Shown here: one piece after another, positions 13,331 through 25,087 of the stretch
Layout: each line of letters starts with the position of its first letter
Numbering within the stretch: the first letter of the stretch is position 1
Source: Octopus vulgaris
Taxonomy: Eukaryota
Reading direction: 5' to 3'
Assembly: GCA_951406725.2 (NCBI GenBank)
Contig: OX597830.1
Span: 57,412,001-57,476,000 of the forward strand
Length of the DNA stretch: 64,000 nucleotides
Notes under the pieces: model-generated
Database searches by the model: none
Told to the model about the DNA's origin: nothing
What the model saw: only the letters and a program-made list of their open reading frames with translations
Translations under genes and position numbers: made by a program

Positions 13331-15084
13331 AGGGAAAGGTGACTTCAGCAGGATTCTGCAGCAAAGCAAAAAAAGACAAAAAAAAAAGGGCAGTGAGTAT
13401 TTTTAGATTCCCCTGCTTTATTAAGAACAGGCAAAATAGAGAATGCATTCACATAATTCACTCTGCCTTGGTGCCAGATCATCATCATCACCACCACCAT
13501 CACATGTTTACCATGCTGACATGAGAGTTGGACAGTTTGACAGGAGCTGGTAAGGCCAGGATCTACATCGGGTTCCACTGACTGTTTTGGAAAGGTTTCT
13601 ACAATTGGATGCCCTTCCTAACACCTATCATTTTACAGAGTGCACTGGGTGCCTTATACATGGCAGCAGCAGCACCAGTGCTTTTTATAAGGCCCTAAAG
13701 AAAATAAAAATGAATACAAAAAGTATGGGGCTCAAACCCACAACATTCGCATAATTAGCAGAATGCTCAAAACAACTGAGCAAACCAGCCAGAGATATAC
13801 CAAGATGGCTGTAAAGAATGGCAGTAAGTGGAAGCGCCAGAAAGCTGTGAAGGAAACAGAAACATACTGGAAGCAATAAGTGATTGTTGGTTTATGTTCC
13901 GAGTTCAAATTCCGCCAAGGTCATCTGAAGGAAGCCAAACAGCAGGACTTGGAGCTTTCCCACAAGATCCGTCTGCTATTTCCAGCAGAAGATTGGTTTA
14001 AAGCTCATACAACTGAAGACAGTCACCAAGGAGATAGGTATAGCAGCTGAAACAAGCTCAAGGTAACTGTGGGTGACAAGGAACTGCAGAAGGAACCATT
14101 CTGCAGGAAAAGGCTAATCCATTCCTTGTTGCCCCACATGAGTGAAGTGTACAAGCCAAGGGGTGAAAAGCTTGTGACCTTGAGATACCTGATGATACAG
14201 AAGGGTTTCTGGCACAGTATTGGGTTTAATCAGCAGCAGAAGGAGAGCTTGCAATATCTCTCAAATAGCTCCATGCAGTTTCTGCATGGAGCAAAGGATA
14301 TCTGATGTTTATTTCACCTTCAGTTAGTTACCTCCTCACTGCTATTAATCTGTTCAAGCAATGTTGGCCTGGCCTGGGTTATTCCCCAGTTTCAAGGAGA
14401 ACAACAACAACAACAACAAACACTACTGCCACCACCACCACTCTGATATAAAAAATGAGCGTCCACAGAATATAAAATAAAATAAAATCAGAGAGAGAGA
14501 GAGAGAGAGACAGCAATATTTTTCTTCCACCAACCGCTGGAAAGTGATCCATGATTATAAATTATTTAAATATAAAATTAAATGCTTCAAATGAGTTCTT
14601 GATAAATGGAGGAGTTTGTTAGCTAAGTAGGACAAGGCTTAGATAATTAAAAATAAATTAATAAATTATTTGAAATAAAAATAAACAAGTACACAAAAAG
14701 ATGGCTGCTTATAAGTTCCTTTTAACTGAGAGAGAAAGAGTAAGATGCATAAGTGTCTTGTGTGTACATAGGTGTATATAACTATATGTGTGCATATATA
14801 GTTTAAGAGAGAGAATGTGCAGAAATGTGTATCTTGCTCAGTAGTTGTATCATGTCCAACTCAGTAAAAACACGATGCCCTGTTTCATAATCACACCAAG
14901 CTCTGCTTAATAACTGCATCACACTCTCCTCAGTAAGCCTGCTATGTTCCATATTATATTGCTCTCAGTAACCATGGATCGTTATGCATATTAACAATCA
15001 TCATCATCATTTTTCCATGCTTGTATGGGTTGGACAGAATTCACAGAGGCAGATTTTCTAAAATGGGAGATGCCCTTCCTGTTG

Positions 15085-15683
15085 AAATAATACATTTCTA
15101 AATTTCTCATTGAGATTTATGCAGTAGCAGCATGATGAAGTGATAGTATGTCTTCAACTTAATGTGGCAGTCCCATAAAAGGGAAGAATGCTACTGTTAT
15201 TTAGCCCTAGGAAACACCGTTTCCTGTTGGACTTGACACATTTCCTGTGCCCTTATGTTTTCAAAATGGAGTCAAGCACCTCCACCTAGGGCTAAATAAC
15301 AGTAGCATTCTTCCCTTTCATGGGACTGTCACATTAAGTTGACAACATACCATCACTCTATCGTGCTGCTACTTCATAAATTTCTCTGAGAGATTTAGAA
15401 ATGTATTATTTCTATTTTCAAAATCAGTGGATGTATTTCACTTGGAATATATATGTTTTCAAAGGCAGATAGGCATCTCCAGGTAGCAAGCCATGCTACT
15501 CCAGACTGATGATGAGCAATGACTCTGAAACTAGTCTCTGGGTGCTGGCTTTGCTTGGTGGAGGTGCTAGTCTCCACTTTGAAAACATAAGAACAAAGGA
15601 AACAGTGTTTCCTAGGGCTAAATAATGGTAGCATTCTTCCCTTTCATGGGACTGTCACATTAAGTTGACAACATGCTATCACT
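15085..15683. mobile_element. Family B PLE pLTR-like locus: fold-back (15085-15211 / 15285-15411) plus a tandem hammerhead-bearing unit
   Basis: Inverted arms of ~125 bp. A second direct copy of CCTAGGGCTAAATAA..GCATTCTTCCCTTTCATGGGACTGTCACATTAAG lies at 15611-15683, and a further family copy at 44505-44678. Confidence 0.75.
15501..15541 (+). ncRNA. Minimal type-I hammerhead ribozyme (family B)
   Basis: CCAGA-CTGATGA-T-GAG caatga CTC-T-GAAA-CTAG-TC^-TCTGG. Perfect stem I, intact core, palindromic stem III (ACTAGT). Confidence 0.85.
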
Positions 15684-16105
15684 TTGCCCTTCATATTGTC
15701 AACCCTCACTGGTTTCCAAGCAAGATATGTTTCTCACAGACAATTGGGAACAAACAGCACTACTTCTATAACAGTGATGCCTGTTTACAACCATCATTTG
15801 ATGTCAAGACAAAAGAATACACACACACACGACAGGCTTCTTTCAGTTTCCGTCTACCAAATGCTTTCACAAGGCTTTGATCAGCTCAGTGTTATAATAG
15901 AAGATACTTGCTCAATATGCCAGACAGTAGGACTGAACCTGAGACCACCTGACTGGGAAGCAAGCTTCTCAACCACATAGCCATGCCAATACCTTTTAAT
16001 GTATAATCGGCAAATATAGTTTATTAACAGAAAATAAGGGGACATGAATAGGGGGGACTAAAAACAAAAAGTTTTTATAATAACAATAACACATGCCTAC
16101 GGAAT

Positions 16106-16488
16106 GACGTAGGCGTGGCTGTATGGTAAGATTGCTTCCCAACCACATGGTTCCAGGTTCAGTCCTACTGTGCAGCACCTTGGACAAGTGTCTTCTGCTA
16201 TAGCCTTGGGCTGACCAAAGCTTTGGTAGACAGAAACTGAAAGTCTGTCGTATATATGTATGTGTGTGTGTGTCTTTGTGTCTATGTTTGTCCCCTATCG
16301 CCGCTTGACAACCAATGCTGGTGTGTTTACATCCCCCATAACTTAGCAGTTCAGTAAAAGAAACCAATAGAGTAAGTACCAGACTCTAAACAAAAATAAG
16401 TACTGGGGTTGAAACATTTGACTAAAACCCTTCAAAGTGGTGCCCCAGCATGGCCACAGTCAAATAATTGAAACAAGTAAAAAAAAAA
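16106..16488 (+). mobile_element. tRNA-derived SINE (family 1, CORE-like; octopus OR-type)
   Basis: A-box GTGGCTGTATGG, B-box GGTTCAGTCC, CACCTTGGACAAGTGTCTTCT core, internal (TG)n and A-rich tail. Many copies in the window. Confidence 0.85.
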
Positions 16489-17503
16489 TACACAACCCAA
16501 CATGTACAAATACATAAAATATACAGAAACTGTATCGATTTATGTAGAGTAATGTGTATATAACAAGTTGCATGGCAGAATGGTGAGGGTGTTGCACTTC
16601 CAATTTGTAAGATCAGGGTTTCAATTTCTAGTCCAGGCAGTGCATTGTATTCTTGAACGACACATTTCATTTCCCCTTTGCTCCATTACATGCTGCTGTA
16701 AATGAGTTCCAGGAATAACCCAGAAGTTAACCATGCCACAAGCAATCATCCAATTCAACAAGGACTGTCGTAATCTCAGACACTTATACGCCCTGGAACC
16801 CAGGTTAAGCTCCAGCCTTAAGCATCATAGGGCTCACAACAGACCTAATGTCTATGCAACAGAAAATACAAAACCAAACCAAAACACAGACCCACTCAAG
16901 GCCCACACGGTTGTGCTCAGCAGTGAAAGCAGGCAATAAAAATAAGATAATGATAATAATAGAGTGTATCAACAAGAGCACTAAACATTAAATAACTAAG
17001 TGGTTTACAATAAAGGCAAATAACTTTTAAAATGCAGAGAATATATGCAAATAACCTTGGAAAGATATATATGAAAGATTAAACAGTAATAATGAAAGAG
17101 ATATAGGTAGAGCTTAGCGGGCTTTTTTGGAGGATTTTATTATCTTTTTTTTTCTCCAGGACTATTTATTTTATCATTTTTATTTTCCTCTTAATTCTGA
17201 CACAGTAAATCCAAAGTGATTAAAATGGATTATGAGGAAAATAAAGTGATTAATTCACTAATTTACTCATTTAATACACCAACCTCTTTCTCATACAATA
17301 TAAATGTGTGTGTGTGAATGTATGTAACAAAATAAATCAATAAAAATAACTAGATCACTTCATCAGACCCATGAAGCTGTGTGTGTGTGCGTAAATGTAC
17401 ATACATTAGTTCCTGTTTAAAAAAACAAAAAAACATGTGAAAGAACCCCTATATCAATGTATTTGGGGGTTTGTTTCTGAAATTGGGGAAATAATATGAT
17501 TAG

Positions 17504-17767
17504 TACATTATTTACACGGACATATGGTGTAGTGGTTAAGAGTGCAGGCTACTAATCCCAAGATTCCAAGTTCGATTCCAGGCAGTGACCTGAATGATAA
17601 TAATAATAACATTGAAAAATACCTTAGGAATGAGAACCCAGGTTTAAAATTTCCCCAAGACACCTGATGAAGGCTGGAGGGTATATCAGCCGAAACGTGT
17701 TAATAACAAACAAGATGAGGACAAATATCTGTCAAATGGAAAGAATTCCATGTCTCTTAAAGAACTG
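17504..17767 (+). mobile_element. Family A element: tRNA-derived head + (AAT)n + hammerhead + 3' tail, with a short inverted 3' end and 12-bp TSD
   Basis: A-box TGGTGTAGTGG 17525-17535 and B-box AGTTCGATTCC 17569-17579; hammerhead 17660-17700. Inverted TACATTATTTACA at 17504-17516. TSD TAATATGATTAG (17492-17503) / TAATATGGTTAG (17768-17779). Confidence 0.85.
17660..17700 (+). ncRNA. Minimal type-I hammerhead ribozyme (family A)
   Basis: ACAC-CTGATGA-A-GGCTG gagggtatat CAGCC-GAAA-C-GTGT. It carries a small deletion at the cleavage site relative to the 53681 copy. Confidence 0.7.
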
Positions 17768-17917
17768 TAATATGGTTAGGTTCTACTCTGGCATAAATGG
17801 ACGCATTTCAGGTTCCAGGCTCAGTCCTACATTATCTTATCTTCTAAGACAGCCCTAAACCCTTCTTCACTTGGCCTTTCTCTTCTGTTAGGCCTAGTAA
17901 ACCCCAAACTGCTTTAA

Positions 17918-18126
17918 CCCTTTACCATTCAGATTCCTCTAACAAATGTAATCCTTATTTATTCGCACCTTTTTAAATTAATCATGTATTTTCTTGTAGC
18001 GTTGAGATTTTGATGATGTGACTACATATTTTTAGAATGACATTGTAGAGTAGGTGTGAGAGGTCACATTTGGCCAGTTTGAATATAAAACCGGTAGAAA
18101 TTTTGGTCAGATTAAATGCTGAAGGG
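17918..18126 (+). mobile_element. piggyBac-like MITE with TTAA TSD
   Basis: TTAA-CCCTTTACCATT...AATGCTGAAGGG-TTAA. Further copies near 6.2, 21.9, 38.9 and 49.1-50.0 kb. Confidence 0.85.
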
Positions 18127-19201
18127 TTAAATGCTTCCTTTGCCCAGAAAACCTTCCACTCGTCTTCACCCATCATGCATTATCTGCTTGCTTTTCATGC
18201 TCATATGACCAGCAAAAAATATATTGATGACTGTAATTCCTTCAATAGGAACTTCATAATTCATCAGTATCCTGTTCCCTTTCTCCCCCAGCACACACAC
18301 ACACTCTTATATTCTGTAAATGTTTGGTAATGCAAACAGGACACTGTTATCCTCTGTGTGTGTGTGTGTGTGTACTCACAGGTGTATGTAACTGTTAATT
18401 GCACATTTTCATTAACAGCATTTGAAAAACAGTGACTGTTAAGTTCTACAGTAAACCAAAATACCAAAATTTAGTGGTTTCATCAGTTTTGATGTGTGAG
18501 GACAAGTGGAACGAAAAATACAAACATATATGAAAATAAATGTGGCTTAGCAACAGAAAGGGCATCTGGCTATAGACAATGTCTTCGTAAGTCTTAACTT
18601 GTGCCAGCATTAAATTAAGGATATTATTAAGGATATTATATATTGTGTGCATGTGTGTATTTGTCTTTGCAAATCTTCATGCTGACATCATTTCTGTCTC
18701 CTATAAACAAAATATCTGGCAATCATTTAATATGCAAAAGTATGAAACAAAGTGCCTTGCTGGAAAAAAAAAACAGACTCAAGTCAGGAAGAGCATTTGA
18801 GTATAGAATACAGGCTCAAGACAACTCCAATCCATGCCAGCAGGGAAAAGCACATGTGAAAACAATGGTGGTGATGAATATTCTTAGACTATTGTTGCGT
18901 ATATTTATCATCACTGTTGATGTCCACTTTTACTAAACTTGCAAGGGTCAGATGGAACTGTTGAGACAGATTTTCTACAGCCAGATGCCTTTCCTTTCAC
19001 CAACCATTACTTGTTTCTAAGAAAAAAAAATATTTACCCCACCCCAATGGCCAGACATGTTTTTCAAGGAAAACTGGATGTGAATAATATCATTGGTATG
19101 GTGGTGAGGTTTGTTTGCAACCGGCACATGATGTCCAAGACGGTACACAAACACACACACACATAGACGATGGGTTTCTTTCAGTTTCCATCAGTCTAGG
19201 G

Positions 19202-19512
19202 CAAAGGCTCTTAAAGAGAGCGCTGCCATCACCACCACCTCCACCACCCTGGTGGGCATTGAGACGGTCCTAAGGGGGCAGTAGAGAAAAAGAGGTGTTG
19301 GGAGGAAGGCAGTGGTTTGGCTGACACTATGAATTTATGATATTATTACAGTATTGTATATAAATTATATAACATATTAAATATAAAATGATTCAAAGTA
19401 TAAATTAATAAAATATAAAATATTTATTTATACATAAAAGTAGGGATGGGGGTACTGGGGGTATTATGTGGCCATGAGCAGGGCAGTGGCCCAAAAAGTT
19501 TGAGAACGTCTG
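19202..19512. mobile_element. hAT (Charlie-like) MITE remnant inserted in a SINE
   Basis: Ends in AAAAAGTTTGAGAACGTCTG and splits a family-1 SINE (19170-19200 / 19520-19610). Confidence 0.5.
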
Positions 19513-19638
19513 GTCTGGTTTAGTAGAAGACACTTGCCCAAGGTGCATCACAGTGGGACTGAAACCAAGACCTTAGGGTTAAAAAGCAAGTTTCTCAACT
19601 TCACAACCACAACTGAAAATGAAATTGCAAGGTATTAA

Positions 19639-19976
19639 GTGTAGGTGTGGCTGTGTGTTAAAAAGTTTACCTCCCAACCATATGGTTCTAGGTTCGATCC
19701 CACTATCAAGCATCTTCTCTAGCCTCAGACCAACCAAAGCCTTGTGAATGAATTTTATAGACAGAAACCAAAAGAAGTCCTTTGTATGTGTGTGTGTGTG
19801 TGTTTTTGTCCTTCACCACTGCTTGACAACTGGTGTTGGTGTGTTTATGCCCCCGTAACTTAGCAGTTCAGCAAAGAAACCAACAGAATAAGTAACGGGC
19901 TTAAAAAAAGTAAATTCCTGAAAGCAGTGCCCCAGCATGGCCACATTCAAATGACTGAAATAAGGGAATAAAAGAA
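19639..19976 (+). mobile_element. tRNA-derived SINE (family 1)
   Basis: GTGGCTGTGTG, GGTTCGATCCC B-box and conserved 3' CCCCAGCATGGCCAC...GACTGAAA. Confidence 0.8.
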
Positions 19977-22646
19977 TGAGGCTACATTGTATACATTGTA
20001 TAAAATTTCAATCTGTGCTCATGTTTACTGTTGGGTGATTTGGCAACATGCTTTGGTGGCACACTTTCAAACATTACACCCCACCAGACAGAACTCATAA
20101 CTACATGCCTCAGTCTACCCAGCTGACAACAGACACTACACTAAATGGTCAACATGAGGTAAAATACTCTGTTATGAAAGAACATTGACACCAAAGCAAT
20201 ATTTAAAAGACAACATTTACACATATAAACACAATACTCAACCCATGTTAGTAGGAATATACGAATGTAAAACGCTAAAAAAAAAAATAAGAAGAATTAT
20301 AAATAAAATATAAAGTCTAAAGCAGGCAATTGTAATCAGATTTAAAAGAGGCAACATCATCTAAGATCATGGATGAAAATTCATTAAAAAAAAGGTAAAT
20401 ATAAACTGAAGATCACTCATCAAAAAAATCCATACAATTTAATCTTCTTCTTAATATTCATTTTCAGATTTCAAAGAATTTTTCATTCTTACATAGAATT
20501 AATCAGAAAGGTCTCTTCAATTACATGATTAGAAGCAACATGAAACATGCAGGCAGGCACACACTCACAGATTCATACATTCATGTATGCAGAAATATGC
20601 TTACATAGCTGCATGTGTATATGCACAAATATGCATGCATTCATCACATGTGCAGACATACAAATACATGCACATTGTTATCTAGGTCCACGAAAACAAA
20701 TTATTACTCTGTCCAAACTGCCTGAGTGACATTAATGTAATGAAAAAAATGCATAAATGAGGCCATTTTATGATCTGCTGGGGAGTATTTCTCACCCCCA
20801 TACGTAAGTTAATATCAATTACTGCTGCTACATCTATCTATATACTGACCCCTGGGAAGAAAGATAAGCAGGAAAGAGGGATACACAGAATAAAAAAAGC
20901 AAGAGTAGAAAATATAACCATTTCAAATGAGTAACCATAAAAAGAAATTTAGATGAGGGGATGGTGGTCATGGTTGGCTTGAAATTAGAGTCTGGTGCAA
21001 TTCTCTACCCAACCCATGCCAGCATGGAGATGGAGGAGGGGTGGGGGAGGACAGATCATCATGCATTGTATTCAAACTGATGATGCTCAAATCTCAGTAA
21101 CCAAGTCCATCTTGCTTGAGATAGGTACCACAGAATAAGTATACTTTGACAGTAAGCAGGAGAAGCACTGCAAAATGAACAGACGTTCAGTGTTGTGTAT
21201 AACCAATCTTATGAGAAAAAGTGGGTTGGAAGATATTGAACCAGAGACCTTGAAACTGAAAGAGAAATGAATGAGACAGGAAAGTGTACCAAATCCATGT
21301 ATGTCAGTCAGCATGGAAGCTTTTTTGAGAGTTAAAAGATGAGCATTAAGCAAAAGGAATCACCAAAACAAGAGACTCTACACAGTGCATTTGGCTCACT
21401 GTGACCTAGCATAAGCCTGCAAAGCATGGGTTGGACAGAATTTATTGAGACAGATTGTCTACGGCCAAATGTCCTTGCTGTCACCAACCCTCACCTGTTT
21501 CCAAGTAATATTCCTTCATGGTTAGACTTGGTCTCACAGAATATCAGAAAGGAATGCCAATGCTTGCAGGGCAACAGCAGATGACACTTGCCCAAGTGTT
21601 GCAGTAGGTCTGAACCTGAAACTATGAGGTTGCAATGCAAGCCCCTCACCCACAACAGCCATGCATGCACATATAGAAGAAACATGATGCAATGGCTATG
21701 AAGTTCTAAGGAAGACCCCACTTCAAATTGGTCACTTCTTCCTTCAATGATGTAACAGAATGTGCAAAATTGAAGATCAAACCTAGCATCACATATATTC
21801 GTGAAAAAGACTTTTTAACTCCACAGCTCCACTGCACCTAGTGTAACACATATATATATATATTGCGTGTGGCCTTGAATAGAGCTGAAAACGGTGACTG
21901 ATAGAGGCAAAGTGAAGACATTAACCATTTAGTGTTCAGATTACTCTGTCAGAGATAATGTTTATTTATTCACCTTGTTTGGAATGAATCATGGCTTATC
22001 TCACAGCATCAAGATTTCAATGATGGGATTGTTTTAATCTTAGAACGACTTTGTAGGATAGTTTGGAAAGGCTGGATTTGGTTAGTTTGAATATAAAACC
22101 AGTAGAATATTTTGGTTAGATACGGGAGGTTTAAATGAGTTGAAAGGATGAAGGAGAGCAATTATCAGAGTTGTCCATCAGATTTTGCTGGATATCATGG
22201 TTCAGAAGTCTAAGGAGGAACAACATACCATACAGCTGATTCATCCAAACCATGCTAATATAGCAAAACAGATCTAACGTAGGAGAGTTGAGTCCATGAC
22301 AGAATTTAATTTTTATGGAACCATTTGCCTCTACAGAAATTACTAATGCTTTTTGAAAAGGCATTAACATCACAATTTCCAAATCTTCTGATAAAAGGTT
22401 CTGTCTGTAATAAAGAACGACTGAAAACAAGTGATAGACAGTGTATCTATGTAGCCTTCAATCTTACCAATATAATACTGAAACCTGTAAACACTCTCAA
22501 TACCCTATTAAACCCTTTTGATACCAACCTGCCAAAGACCACCTTTGATTCTAAAGTGATCTTGATTTTGAAAACCTTTATTCAAGATTTCCCTGTTATG
22601 TTCCAAACACCAGCTTAATATGATTGTAATGTTTTGGTGACAATGC

Positions 22647-22685
22647 TTTGCTGAAGAGGTTTAATAAGACTGAAATATGTCCAAA
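22647..22685 (+). ncRNA. Minimal hammerhead ribozyme (family C, copy 1)
   Basis: TTTG-CTGAAGA-GGTTT aata AGACT-GAAA-TATG-TC^-CAAA. Confidence 0.7.
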
Positions 22686-23725
22686 TTCTTTACCACAGAT
22701 CTTAATTTTAGGGACAACTGAAATTTCTAGAGTTCTCCCCTTTGCTCCTTTTGATAAATTTCCATCAATACTAATGACTTCCCTTCACATTACAATAATA
22801 TCAGATGAAAGTAAAGATAAAAACAAAAATAAGATTAAAGAGCTAGGATGACCATTTACTTGCTAAATGGTCATCCCAGCTCTTTAATCCAAGCTAAAGT
22901 ATGCATGGTCAAACTTTTCAACTGATTAAAAATCATTTTCATTTCACTACAATAAATGTCAGCCTGCACTTAACTATATGCTTTTTGTGCAGAAGGAATC
23001 CCTGGGAATATACATTGCCCTGAAAATGGCACAACAATTATCCTGTTCAACTGCCCTGGTTCAGCTGTGAATGGAGATCTGAGTGGCTGGCTGTATGAAC
23101 CAACTACCAACAGAATTGTAACACTGGGTTGGAAGGAAAGGAGGAGCAAATGCTGTGGAGCAGTGGGTGGAGGCTGTGACAATGAAGTAGATGTGAAGGG
23201 GTGGTAGAGAGCTAAAGGGAACTTGAAATCTGTCTGTTTATATTTCCCATCTGATGTTTAGGTCTATTGAGGTGACTTACACCTCTCAATCGCAATGACT
23301 TCATATTCTTATAATATAGTCAGAATAAAAACTATTTTTATACTATAAAGAATATGGCACAAGTGGCTCCAAAGAGCCAAAACTAACCTACCAATTCTAA
23401 TGTTTACTGGTCCATAAGTACATTGGGCTGTCAACACTGTATCATTATGTAAATTAGTTGTACTTAATGCAATGCTGTTTGTATTTTAACGAGTGGGCCT
23501 CTCAATAATGCTTGATAGCCTCAACGAAAGAGGTAATAAAAGTTCTAAGTTCAATTTTTATCTAAACTGCAGAAAATAAATAACAAACTGTGGTTTAACC
23601 ATGGATCTTAAATTCACAATGTGACTAAATATATATAACTCAGTAAATATTTATGTAATGAGTTTGTTTTTTATTTCCAGCAAAACTTATATACTCATTG
23701 TGTGATCTGCTGTTTTGATGACTGC

Positions 23726-23764
23726 TTCGCTGAAGAGGTCTAACAAGACTGAAATATGTTCAAA
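23726..23764 (+). ncRNA. Minimal hammerhead ribozyme (family C, copy 2)
   Basis: TTCG-CTGAAGA-GGTCT aaca AGACT-GAAA-TATG-TT^-CAAA. Confidence 0.65.
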
Positions 23765-24865
23765 CTTTCTACTATACCTGCCACAGATCTTAATTTTGGT
23801 GGCAATTGAAATTTCCAGAGTTCTCTCCTTTGATCCTTAAATTTCCATTAATTCTAATAACTGGCTTACCTACTACGATTATAATTTCAACCGATTGAAA
23901 ATCATTTTTGGCTCACGTTAAATATGTCAGCCTGCACTTAACTCTATATTTTTCAAGCAGAAGGCATCACTGAGAATATTTATTCATAAAATTTAAATAT
24001 TGTCCACTGAAGAAATATAACAAAAACGATTGCAGAGATTTCAACAGTGAAAGCATAAAAAAGAGGCGGGAAAACCAGTTTACTTCAAAAGGTTTACTTA
24101 GAAAGACTACATTTAAAAATAGAATTCCTGTGGCGTAGAGGTTAAAGGTCAAACTCGTATTTTGATTCATTTCAAGGCATTTTATGTATCAACAACACAA
24201 AAAACAAATTCCACTCCTTCTCGCTTATTTTTCTCTATCTCCTACTAATACTCATTTCACGGTCGAGTGGGTCGTGTCACAAAAGGCACTCAACTGTTAA
24301 AAATTAACAGAAAAACATCTGCTTTAAGAATACATTACAGAATCAACGAATTTGTAGGAATATCCAACCTCTGAATTTAAAAATCTAGTTAAAATCTTAT
24401 TAATAAAAAATAATATCGGAAAATTATTTAAAAGTTTAATTCCTACAGGCGATTCATTTTTACATTGATACAAGATCTCTGATATAGGATTGGAGGGGAG
24501 TCGGGGTGATTTTTATGCTTTAAAATAGCACAAACACATTTACATAGTTAGAAAATGAGGTAAAACCTTTTTCAACACGAAGTCATATAAGTCATATACT
24601 GTTAAACATGATTTGCGTTAGATTTCATATTTGAAAGCAATACAAACAAATGACCTGAAGGAGCTTATTATGTGATCGCTCAACCTGCTAGAAAAAGCAG
24701 CCAAATTAACCTCAATTTACACTCTGTCGTCTTTAATGAAAACACAACGAGCAATGTAATTTTTGATATACTTAAAAAAAAAAAAGACATGAGTACGAGA
24801 CAAACAACAGATTAGTAGAAGTCGACGTAACGAAGCTTCCACCGTTCAAATAAGCTAAAAATAGC

Positions 24866-25087
24866 TATTTCTTTACTACCCACAAGGGGCTAAACACAGA
24901 GGGGACAAACAAGGACAGACAAACGGATTAAGTCGATTACATCGACCCCAGTGCGTAACTGGTACTTAATTTATCGACCCCGGAAGGATGAAAGGCGAAG
25001 TCGACCACGGCGGAATTTGAACTCAGAACGTAGCGGCAGACAAAATACGGCTACGCATTTCGCCCGGCCTGCTAACGTTTCTGCCAA
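24866..25087 (-). mobile_element. tRNA-derived SINE (family 3, OK-like)
   Basis: Minus-strand head TGGCAGAAACGTTAGC...GAGTTCAAATTCC (A/B boxes). CpG-rich, probably young. Matches the 8.5-kb and 39.2-kb copies. Confidence 0.85.

Larger units (their letters stand above)
22630..23965 (+). mobile_element. Family C PLE remnant: two diverged direct repeats (pLTRs, ~22630-22995 and ~23712-23965), each with a hammerhead
   Basis: Shared blocks CCACAGATCTTAATTTT, GAAATTTC.AGAGTTCTC and ATGTCAGCCTGCACTTAAC. Cores are 1079 bp apart. The interior has a weak YWSI...LC...LNERG GIY-YIG-tail-like trace. Confidence 0.7.

Noticed and set aside
13925-14310. Possible REL-endonuclease LINE 3' remnant
   Set aside because: Only vague motif resemblance across frameshifts; it cannot be supported without a search.
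17518-17590. Functional tRNA gene
   Set aside because: The acceptor and T stems are poorly paired, and it is the head of a multi-copy element with a TSD.
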